Both the position numbers and the translations under genes were made by a program. From Tubulanus polymorphus (lineage: Eukaryota > Animalia > Nemertea): a stretch of DNA of 64,000 bases. The stretch is taken from assembly GCF_964204645.1 (NCBI RefSeq), contig NC_134029.1, positions 10,876,850-10,940,849 of the forward strand, given 5' to 3'. Numbering within the stretch: position 1 is the stretch's first letter; each line of letters starts with the position of its first letter. Under the pieces are notes generated by a model that was not told where the DNA came from, ran no database searches, and saw only the letters and a program-made list of their open reading frames with translations. Below are positions 10,893 through 19,794 of the stretch, one piece after another.

Positions 10893-12140
10893 ATGAGTGG
10901 GAGTTATATAAGTCCTTCGAAGATTTCTAGAATATCTAACGCTATTAAAGCAGAAAGATCACATCATATAATTACTCATAATCCTTCAAATATTAATCCC
11001 GATGAAACTTTATATGTTAGAATCCCTCGATTAACACAAAATACTTTTTATGTTCCAAACAGTATTTATTTATCAGCTGATATAAAAGTAATCGGTAATA
11101 ATAATAATTATGTTGTTGATAATGTTGGAAGATATTTGATTAAAAAGTTAACAATAAAGATTGGTCCAGAAACAGTTTTCTCATTAGATGATTATAATCT
11201 ATTTATGCATTATAAAGATTTATGGTTAACTAAAGAAAATAGAAATAATATGATATTTCAAGGCATCCAATCGGAAAACCAAAATAAATTAAGATCAGAA
11301 GCTAATAGCGCAATATTAACAAATGATGTAGATAAATTGATAAAAAGTATATATGGAAGCAAATATAAAATTCCATTAGACTTTGAATTGATAAATAATA
11401 ATGCACCTTTGTATAAATACGCAATTCAAGAAGATATTATATTTGAGATAACATTTGCTCCTGTAAATGAAATTGTAATATCTAGCGTTAATAAAGATAT
11501 GAGTTATAAATTATCGAATATATGTTTAGAATATGATACAGTAACTGATGAAAATATTTCAAGTATAATTCAAACTCAATACAATCAAGGATTTTCATTA
11601 TTATATGATTATATTGATAAATTTAAAACTGTAACTATTAATGCAAATGATGAAATAATTAACGAGAATATTAACTTTCCTAGAAGATCTATTTAAGGTA
11701 TATTAATATTTTTTACCATTGGAACGTATACTAATGGTGCAATAAATGTTGATAATTATTATAATCCTGAAATAACAAAAGTAGAAATAACTATCGAAGG
11801 TATAGCGAATAAAATATTTTGTCAAGGAATGAGAATGATTGATCAATGGGTAGAAATTAAAAAACATTTTATGAATGAAAAAGTAAAATCATTTGAAAAT
11901 TGTAACATTAATCAAATTGATTATTATACCGGTAATAAATATGCATTATGGTTAGATTTTAGAACAACAGAGGATAATTCATTACATGGTTCTGGAAAAA
12001 AACTACAGAACACTAAAGATGGAATACAATTATTCATGAAAAAGAATAAAGGAATCAAAAATTTTAAAATGCACATTTATATTATATCTGACGCGCAATT
12101 AAATATTGTAAATTCACAATTAGATAGTGTTATGTATTAA
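10893..12140 (+). pseudogene. Major capsid protein (double jelly-roll, 415 aa if intact) with a nonsense codon at 11694-11696
   Basis: ORFs 10893..11696 and 11829..12140 are in the same frame; element B reads ATT AAA GGT where A has ATT TAA GGT; size and beta-rich pattern fit a Polinton MCP. Confidence 0.85.
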
Positions 12141-12172
12141 AATTTTAACTTTAATAAAAAATCTTATATTAA

Positions 12173-13321
12173 ATGGAAGGTGGAATATATGAAATACAAT
12201 CTCCAAGTGAAATGATATCAGATATATATTATATATTACCTTATGATGAATACAGTAAGTATTTTGGAGATTACTTTAATCAATTCAAATATAGAATAAG
12301 TAAAATAGATAAGAATATTGAACCTAAAATAGAAGATAATATTGAACCTAAAATAGAAGATAAGAATGATATTGAATATAAAATAGAAGATAATATTGAA
12401 TCTAAAATAGAAGATAATGTTATACCTTCTACATCGAATTATGATATTGAATCAAAAAAGACAAATGAAAAATATTGTGACGTATGTAAACAGTATAAAA
12501 GTTATAAGAATTGGGCAACTCATCTTAATTCACTCAAGCATAAGAAAAATAAGAATAAGATTTTAAATGAATTGAATAATGATAGTGAAATTGATAATGA
12601 TAATGTTAAAGAAGATAAATATTGTGAAGAATGTGATAAATATATAAGTCGTAGTAATTTTTCAAAGCATAAATTAACACAGATACATTTGGATAATATA
12701 GAAAGAAATATATGTGAAAAGTGTAATGTTGTTGTATTACCTAAAGATAGAATTAAACATGATAATTCTTTTGAACATACAATAAAAGCTGCTGATTTAA
12801 ATTACCTTTATAGAGCACCAAGTGTATTTTTTGATATCGAAAATAATGATCATAGGAAATTATATAGATCAATTTTTATCGATTATGTAAGAAATAATCC
12901 AAAACAAGTATTATCAGATCTAAAAACTCGTCGGACGATTATAAAAATTTATCTAAATAATTATTGGAGTATACATTATTTCATAAAATTTAAAAATATA
13001 GATTTTTTAACAGAATTGAAAAAAGTTGCTGCTAATGATAATTATGATAATAAAAGTGATAACTTTGATGAAATAATTCAATACTACAGTTATGAAGATT
13101 TTTCACAGGATGTTATAAATAAAATAAGAAATGAAGCAAAAAATGAATATAAAAATATAAGTGAAGACAAATTAAACCAATATATTTATTTAACTTATGA
13201 ATTCTGGGTTAAGGGTTTGAACGGTAATAGTTATCATTTTAAACTATTAGGTGAAAGAAGATCGCAAGAATTAAGAGATGCATGGATCAAATTGTTTTCA
13301 GAATTAGAATCAGAAAAGTAA
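12173..13321 (+). CDS. Zinc-finger protein (three C2H2/matrin-like fingers, NIEPKIED repeats)
   Basis: CDVC..HLNSLKH, CEEC..HKLTQIH, CEKC..HDNSFEH; 24-nt repeats at ~12300-12420. Confidence 0.85.
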   Translation: MEGGIYEIQSPSEMISDIYYILPYDEYSKYFGDYFNQFKYRISKIDKNIEPKIEDNIEPKIEDKNDIEYKIEDNIESKIEDNVIPSTSNYDIESKKTNEKYCDVCKQYKSYKNWATHLNSLKHKKNKNKILNELNNDSEIDNDNVKEDKYCEECDKYISRSNFSKHKLTQIHLDNIERNICEKCNVVVLPKDRIKHDNSFEHTIKAADLNYLYRAPSVFFDIENNDHRKLYRSIFIDYVRNNPKQVLSDLKTRRTIIKIYLNNYWSIHYFIKFKNIDFLTELKKVAANDNYDNKSDNFDEIIQYYSYEDFSQDVINKIRNEAKNEYKNISEDKLNQYIYLTYEFWVKGLNGNSYHFKLLGERRSQELRDAWIKLFSELESEK

Positions 13322-13344
13322 TTTAAAATATGAATATAATACCC

Positions 13345-13890
13345 TTTGTGTCTTTATTGTCTTTAGTAGTTTAGTACTTTTAGTACATAAAGAATAAATC
13401 TTTATTTTATAAGTAGTGAATAAAATTATTTTTAAAACTACTAAACTACTAAAGACAATAAAGACATAAATATATATATAACACTGTTTCAATAATTATA
13501 TTTATTCATCTGATGGATTTTATATATTACTGTTTCAATAATTAAATCTATTTATTATATATATATCATAGATTTATCATTTATATATTTATTTTTCTAA
13601 GTACTAATTAAATAAAGATTTATTCTTTATGTACTAAAAGTACTAAAAGTACTAAAGATAATAAAGACATAACAAAACATATATAGATGTAATAAATATC
13701 ATAGATTTATTTATCTCACATATTTATTATATATATTTGATTCAGTAATGATAAATCTATGTGTGTTTGTTATGTCTTTATTATCTTTAGTAGTTTAGTA
13801 GTTCTATTTTATTTTTAAAGTATTAATAAAATAAAGATTTATTCTTTATGTACTAAAAGTACTAAACTACTAAAGATAATAAAGACATTA
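13345..13890. repeat. Nested direct and inverted repeats between convergent genes
   Basis: Five copies of (A/G)TACTAAA(C)TACTAAAGA(C/T)AATAAAGAC in both orientations. Confidence 0.85.
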
Positions 13891-13946
13891 GGGGGAGGTA
13901 TATAATACATATCTAATACATATCTAATACATAGGTATACAAATAG

Positions 13947-14558
13947 TTATTTTATAAATTTATATTCATATGGAAATTGTAATCTCATAAGTAATTTGGA
14001 ACCTTTATTATTCTTTAATTTATTCATATATTCATCATGTAATTCAGGAGGTATAATTTGATTTTCTTCCAATGATTGTTGCATAGATTTTTTATCTTTG
14101 TTATAAAATAAAACTAGAAATCTTATATTCTCTCTAAAATCTTTCACAATTGAATTATATTTCTGATTTAAAACCCATGTTGTTATCCCAAAATGTCTAC
14201 CAGAGAAAGCTAAATAACATAACTCACTTTCTCTAATTTTAGAATCATGTAAATTTGCGCAATCATCAATAATAAATAATGTATTAGATCCTTTATAAAT
14301 ATCTAATGCAATTTTTATACAATTATCTAAATTTTCTTTTACTGTTTTAGGATCTAATATAATAAACTTTTTTATCTTAACTATGTCTCTATTATATGTT
14401 TTATTCATTTCATAAGTAGGGCAGAATAATATTATATTATCAAAATGATTCTTATAAATAGTTTCTAACAAATCTAATATGAAATGTGTTTTACCACAGT
14501 TTGTTACTCCAGTAACTAACATATTATGTGGTTCAAATATAAACAAATCTTTATTCAT
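13947..14558 (-). CDS. A32/FtsK-HerA-type genome packaging ATPase
   Basis: Walker A GVTNCGKT, Walker B FIIDD, GRHFGITTWVLNQ motif. Confidence 0.92.
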   Translation of the reverse strand: MNKDLFIFEPHNMLVTGVTNCGKTHFILDLLETIYKNHFDNIILFCPTYEMNKTYNRDIVKIKKFIILDPKTVKENLDNCIKIALDIYKGSNTLFIIDDCANLHDSKIRESELCYLAFSGRHFGITTWVLNQKYNSIVKDFRENIRFLVLFYNKDKKSMQQSLEENQIIPPELHDEYMNKLKNNKGSKLLMRLQFPYEYKFIK

Positions 14559-15639
14559 TTATTCTTTTAATTTTACTAGATAAAATCCATTCATTAAATT
14601 TATCATCATATCCTTTATATTTCACCAGAGAATACTTTTTTCCTTTAAGAGTTTTTGTTTTCAATACCTTTTCTATTTTGTATTCTATTTCATCTGGATT
14701 TGGTACTAATGATAATTCTTGTTCATAAAAATAACCTAATATTTCTTCATCTTTTAAATCAAACAATTTATAAACAAATGGTTTAGTTAATATTATCTTT
14801 TTAATTTTAAATATTTCTTCAGTAAAATTAGGGGTATAACCTTTATAAAATGTTTTTCGATATTTAGAAATTCTAACATGTTGTCCTATTTTAAATTTAG
14901 GTTCACCGAAATCGTGTGTAACAAACGCACCATATAAATTATTCCAAACTATTTCTGAATTTTCTTCTTTTCTAGCTTGTATAGGTTTCATATTTATAGA
15001 ACTATGTTTACAATTATTATAACCTTTAACTAAATCATCTAATACATCGATATATTTGTATGTTTCATTAGCGGTGAAATATTTCCACATTCTAGTTTTC
15101 AATGTTTTATTAAATCTTTCTATAACAGATGCTTTTTTATCTGAATGTGTTGAAAAATATTCTACATCGTTATCAGATAATAGTTTTTTAAAATGTTTGT
15201 TATAAAATTCTTTACCTTCATCAAATTGTATTTTATCTGGGATAGCTTCTTTAAATATTAATTTGAAAGAATTTGTAACTTCTATACCAGTTTTATTTTT
15301 AATCGGGATACTCCATGCGTATCTACTGAATATGTCTATAACATTTAGTATCCAAAAATATTCTTTGTTATATTCTTCTAAGTTTTTCATATCAATTAAA
15401 TCAGCTTGCCATTGTTGGTCAATATATGAAACCATAACTTTTCTTGTTAAATATTTTTTATCCATCTTTTTATGAATTTGATATGTGGGTTGATTTTGTA
15501 ACCATGATTTTAATTCACTATGTTTTATTTTTTCTTTATCAGATTTAATTTTATTCCATAATTCTGAAACACTTGAATATGATACTTCACTTTCTGGGTT
15601 GTAATATAAATCTCTCAAATATTGTTCTTTTTTCATCAT
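14551..15639 (-). CDS. Retroviral-type (rve) integrase with C-terminal chromodomain
   Basis: DDE triad in WQADL, QFDEGKEF, VIERFNKTLK; chromodomain YKIEKVL..YSLVKYKGYDDKFNEWI; ORF intact. Confidence 0.95.
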   Translation of the reverse strand: MMKKEQYLRDLYYNPESEVSYSSVSELWNKIKSDKEKIKHSELKSWLQNQPTYQIHKKMDKKYLTRKVMVSYIDQQWQADLIDMKNLEEYNKEYFWILNVIDIFSRYAWSIPIKNKTGIEVTNSFKLIFKEAIPDKIQFDEGKEFYNKHFKKLLSDNDVEYFSTHSDKKASVIERFNKTLKTRMWKYFTANETYKYIDVLDDLVKGYNNCKHSSINMKPIQARKEENSEIVWNNLYGAFVTHDFGEPKFKIGQHVRISKYRKTFYKGYTPNFTEEIFKIKKIILTKPFVYKLFDLKDEEILGYFYEQELSLVPNPDEIEYKIEKVLKTKTLKGKKYSLVKYKGYDDKFNEWILSSKIKRINE

Positions 15640-15642
15640 ATT

Positions 15643-16068
15643 TTAATCCATTAATAATATTTTAGATTTATTTTCATTTGATTTATGATTTGACTTATTT
15701 TCGGGTATGATAGGTTTACTGTCTGTACACGGATAACTAAGTTTCCGATTGTCATTGGAATCATCTTTATCATCAGATTTGAATTTTGATTTATATATTA
15801 CACCGGATAATATAATAACTGTTACTAATCCAATTGTAATATATAATTTATAATTACTTCCAGCATTAGAAGAATTAGATGGATTATTATTTGAATCAAT
15901 ACCACCGTGTGGGTGCTGTACGGCACCATCAGATAATTTCTGTGATTCATTTATATCAGTTAATTTCTTTTTCTTAGCTTTTTTTAATTCTGAAGATCTT
16001 TTACCTAATTCTCTTGCCCATATAATTTGTTTCTCGGATCTAGGCTTCTTCTTAACGCTATCACTCAT
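15643..16068 (-). CDS. Basic protein with a single TM helix (141 aa)
   Basis: K-rich N-terminus; LYITIGLVTVIILSGVIY; TAAATG start. Confidence 0.75.
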   Translation of the reverse strand: MSDSVKKKPRSEKQIIWARELGKRSSELKKAKKKKLTDINESQKLSDGAVQHPHGGIDSNNNPSNSSNAGSNYKLYITIGLVTVIILSGVIYKSKFKSDDKDDSNDNRKLSYPCTDSKPIIPENKSNHKSNENKSKILLMD

Positions 16069-16641
16069 TTATTTTTGTTTTGATTCATTTTCTGTTTCGA
16101 TGTTTGGTTGTAGTACAGCGTCATCTGTTTCATTCTTACCTGATTTATATTCCATAGGTTTGATGTTCGAAAATGTTATGACGCCAGTAGAAATTAATGT
16201 CATAACCGATCCTAATTGAAATGAAGCATATCCAACCCATTTTTGTAATTCAGTCATAACTAAATAGTCATTTTTCAAATCATTATATAATTTATTTTCA
16301 TCATCAATTGGTATTAACTGGTTACATAATTTTGAATAACATTTGACAATACCATCTGAAATAGAATCATTTATTCTAGCTAATCGAGCTTCTTCATAAA
16401 TCTTAAAATATTTTATTACTTTATCGGGTTTCATAGCATCTAATTCTTGAAAAGTAATGATTCTATTTAAAAACTCATTAGTTTTTCCACCGGCAATCAA
16501 TAGTTCTATATGGTGCTTACAATATAAATAGTATTCATAATCTATAGAATTAGAAACAACTGTATCTTTATTATCACTAATACCTAAATCATCTAATGTC
16601 TTTTCAATATCAATATTATTCTTACTCGATTTCTTTGACAT
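16069..16641 (-). CDS. Hypothetical Polinton protein (190 aa) with a C-terminal hydrophobic segment
   Basis: TAAATG start; homologous 5' part (IEKTLDDLGI..YEYYLY) at 39470 in element B. Confidence 0.8.
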   Translation of the reverse strand: MSKKSSKNNIDIEKTLDDLGISDNKDTVVSNSIDYEYYLYCKHHIELLIAGGKTNEFLNRIITFQELDAMKPDKVIKYFKIYEEARLARINDSISDGIVKCYSKLCNQLIPIDDENKLYNDLKNDYLVMTELQKWVGYASFQLGSVMTLISTGVITFSNIKPMEYKSGKNETDDAVLQPNIETENESKQK

Positions 16642-17050
16642 TTATTTCAGAGAAATTTAATAAGAATAGTATTATAAGTATTCTTCAAATGATACTAGTA
16701 TCTCTTTAGGTTAATACTAAATTGACTAGGTTAGTTAAAGTTAAAGAATTTCTATTCAAATCTATTCAAAATCTATTCAATCTAATGTCAATTAGAATTA
16801 CCAAAAGAAAATATTGAAAATATGATAGAATTGACTAGCTAGTTGAAGTTATTGTTTTTTTATTATATTTTATTTAAATTAGGATTTAATATCTCACTAC
16901 TATTGTCTATCTATAGGAGCGGTAACTATAACTGTCCAGATAAGTCATTTCGGATCCTCGATATCAAATCCTCAACTGAAAATAAATTCAAAGAAACGAC
17001 TGGTGGAAATCTTATTTCATAAACAGATATATTTATTATGTAAATTTTAG

Positions 17051-17340
17051 CGATCGATAATAGAACAATGGAGAACAATAGAAATGCGGTCCAATCGGAC
17101 CGGTTATTGCGCAATACACAGTTATATTTTTATTCTAACAACGATTAATAATAGAACAATGGAGAACAATAGAAATGCGGTCCAATAGGACCGGTTATTG
17201 CGCAATACCTAGTTAACAGTAAACTATCAATACAGAACAACCGCCGCCATTAACAACGATCAATAATAGAACAATAGAGAACAATAGAAAAGCGGTTCAA
17301 TCGGACCGGTTATTGCGCAATACTTAGTTAACAGTAAACA
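17051..17340 (+). repeat. Three ~65-90-bp direct repeats carrying small palindromes
   Basis: ATAATAGAACAATGGAGAACAATAGAAATGCGGTCCAATCGGACCGGTTATTGCGCAATAC x3. Confidence 0.9.
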
Positions 17341-17410
17341 ATACAATATTAAAACAGATATATACAACATTTTTTGATATCTATATTACAAAGACCTTCA
17401 GTGTTATAAT

Positions 17411-17877
17411 TTATAATTTTGTCCAGAATTCTTTAATTACTGGATTGTTTCCAATCATTTCTTCAATTTCTGGTAAATGTCTTACTACTTCACTAAATGC
17501 TAATCCTAATATTTTGAATTTTTCATATTTTATTAATCTACCTACTCTTCTCAGTTTTCTTTCAAAACCGGCACTGATATCTCCACTCATTTTCTTAGTT
17601 TTCGATTCTTTGAGTCCCAACAGCAATTTAAGTCGCGTTGCTGGTAATTTTGGTAATTGTAGTTCGCGCGGTAATTGTTTATTATGTATTACATTACTCA
17701 GAGTTTTCACCATTTCTTGATGATAGTCCAAATGTTCTTATAATTTTCTGAAGTTTGTTCGTCAATTACGAGAGTTTCATCCTCCATTTCTATTGATTCC
17801 TGAGTTTCACTATCTATCGTTTCTGGTTCCTCATCCGTTGGTTGACTTGGAATTTCTGGTTGATCTCTGAATTCCAT
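17411..17877 (-). pseudogene. Probable ~155-aa gene with acidic N-terminus, frameshifted near 17735
   Basis: TAAAATG start at 17877 (MEFRDQPEIPSQPTDEEPE..) joins ORF 17411..17731 only via a frameshift. Confidence 0.5.
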
Positions 17878-18289
17878 TTTAATCTAAAAGATATCGTGAA
17901 AATGAATTACTGTACTTAAATATGTTTAAAGGTTTCCCTACTTCATAATAACTACAAAAAACGGTACTTACATTTAGATTTAGAACTGTAAACTGTGTTT
18001 TGAGAGAGAATATCCAATACGTACTATGTATGTGAATGTTGATTTCTAACTGCCGACGTGGCGCACGTTCAACCAAACTAATTACTTCTGCATGTTTGCC
18101 TGGATTGTAACAGATGTTCCTTTGTGATTAATCCTTTTCAACTGAAATAGCACCTTCGATCAATATTCAAATGAGGTGCGCCCCATTCAACTGAATATGA
18201 AATACGGCACAGATGTTTTTGTAAACAACCTAATGCAATTAAATATAGGTGGTTTGACATAGATCGAGAGTAACCGGTTTTCTAAGCAC

Positions 18290-18958
18290 TTAAGCTTCAA
18301 CGTATTTTTCATTATGTGTTGAATTCCATAATTCAACAAATGTCTTTGCTTTATCCAGTTGATCTAAATATAACTGTATATCTAGTTTATTAGATTTAAT
18401 AACATTTTCTTTCTTTTCAAGAGGCCTTAAATTTCTCCAACCCCAAATAAGTTTTTTATTGTATTCATCATTCATGTCAAATTTAGAAATCGGCAACACA
18501 TGATCAATATGAAAGTATTCACCATAATTATCTATATTCATTTTATCATCGAATTGATATATTATCCATGATTTGAGAAATTCATCTGAACAACCCAATA
18601 AATTAGATAATGTTTCTGAATGTGTTTCTTTATTGAATAATTTTGATACTTTAGATCTTAAGCATTGTTTCATTTTAAAATTAAAATCTGTTTGATATCT
18701 TTCTTTATGATAATTTCTATTATACACTTTAATATGTTCTAAATGATTTTCTTTCCATTGCTTATTTTTATCTTTGCGTGTTTCGGTATTATTTCTATAA
18801 TTTTGTTTGTCACTTAGTTTACTACAAGTTTTACAATAACTTTGCTTACCATCTTTCTGAGTTTTATAATTATAATATTCCGAGAGTTGTTTATTTATTT
18901 TACATTTAGAACATTTCTTATTGTTTATATTTATACCTTGTGATTGTTCTGGTTCCAT
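18290..18958 (-). CDS. HNH/endonuclease VII-like nuclease with N-terminal Zn ribbon
   Basis: CSKC..CKTC; LLGCS..L; YFHIDHVLP..NLRPLEKKENVIKSNK, a pattern typical of HNH nucleases in large DNA viruses. Confidence 0.8.
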   Translation of the reverse strand: MEPEQSQGININNKKCSKCKINKQLSEYYNYKTQKDGKQSYCKTCSKLSDKQNYRNNTETRKDKNKQWKENHLEHIKVYNRNYHKERYQTDFNFKMKQCLRSKVSKLFNKETHSETLSNLLGCSDEFLKSWIIYQFDDKMNIDNYGEYFHIDHVLPISKFDMNDEYNKKLIWGWRNLRPLEKKENVIKSNKLDIQLYLDQLDKAKTFVELWNSTHNEKYVEA

Positions 18959-19046
18959 TTATTATACGTATTTTTACTAAATTGGTTAATAATTTTAGAA
19001 TCCTCTTCCATTTCTTCGACCAACGTCATCTTCATTTTCGTCTTTT

Positions 19047-19298
19047 TCATTCCTCGCTGCTTTTGATAAGTTGTTTCGATTCCTTGATATCAAATTCCTC
19101 AACGTATTGTTCATTATTTGGATCATTATTCCATAATTCAATAAATTTCTTTCCCTTTGTTAACTGTTCTGAATATAACTGTAAATATTCTAGTTTCAAT
19201 TTATTCTCTAAATGTGTTCTAGTTTTATTGTGTCTTGCTTTTTGGGATTTATCTATATCGATATTACATGTTGGGCAGTAGTACTTATTTGCTTCCAT
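19047..19298 (-). CDS. 83-aa chimeric ORF: PolB N-terminal zinc finger (from the TIR) plus a tail resembling the HNH C-terminus
   Basis: First 38 aa identical to PolB; QLYSEQLTKGKKFIELWNNDPNNEQYVEE aligns with QLYLDQLDKAKTFVELWNSTHNEKYVEA. Confidence 0.65.
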   Translation of the reverse strand: MEANKYYCPTCNIDIDKSQKARHNKTRTHLENKLKLEYLQLYSEQLTKGKKFIELWNNDPNNEQYVEEFDIKESKQLIKSSEE

Positions 19299-19794
19299 TT
19301 TAATACTATATTTTTTATTAAAATTGATTTTAGAAGTTCAATGATTTAAATGTTATTCATATATATATGAATATTTTAAAAGTAATAGGGGTTTAGTTGT
19401 TTCATACCAAAGGTTTAATGATCGAGTTCATTAATAACATATATTAAAAGTAATTAAAAAACTATAATATATTTTCATAACCGCGTGCATTTCAGTTGAA
19501 TAATAGAATAATAGAATAATTATTATCATTTGAATATATTTGATTATTTGAATTTGTGTATTGTAATTAAATCAATTGGTCGCGGAGCGGAGCGGTAGCG
19601 AAGTGGAGCGACCAATTGATTTAATACAATATGCTTTTTATATTATTGATATCTTAGAATAAATATTTAGTTTTGATATAAAATGCACGCGGTTATGAAA
19701 ATATATTATAGTTTTTTAATTACTTTTAATATTTTGTTTTTTAATGGGCTCGACCTTTCGACCTTTGGTATGAAACAACTAAACCCCTATTACT
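19185..19794 (-). repeat. Right TIR (610 bp); 19381-19794 is palindromic
   Basis: Reverse complement of 796-1394. Confidence 0.95.

Larger units (their letters stand above)
796..19794 (+). mobile_element. Full-length Polinton/Maverick (endogenous polintovirus), element A
   Basis: Termini 5'-AGTAATAGGGG...CCCCTATTACT-3'; perfect 6-bp TSD ATCGTT at 790-795 and 19795-19800; ~600-bp TIRs; pPolB, rve integrase, A32-like ATPase and jelly-roll capsid genes inside. Confidence 0.97.

Noticed and set aside
17051-17340. CRISPR-like array
   Set aside because: Repeats are 65-90 bp with short, partly shared intervening sequence, there are no cas genes, and the context is eukaryotic
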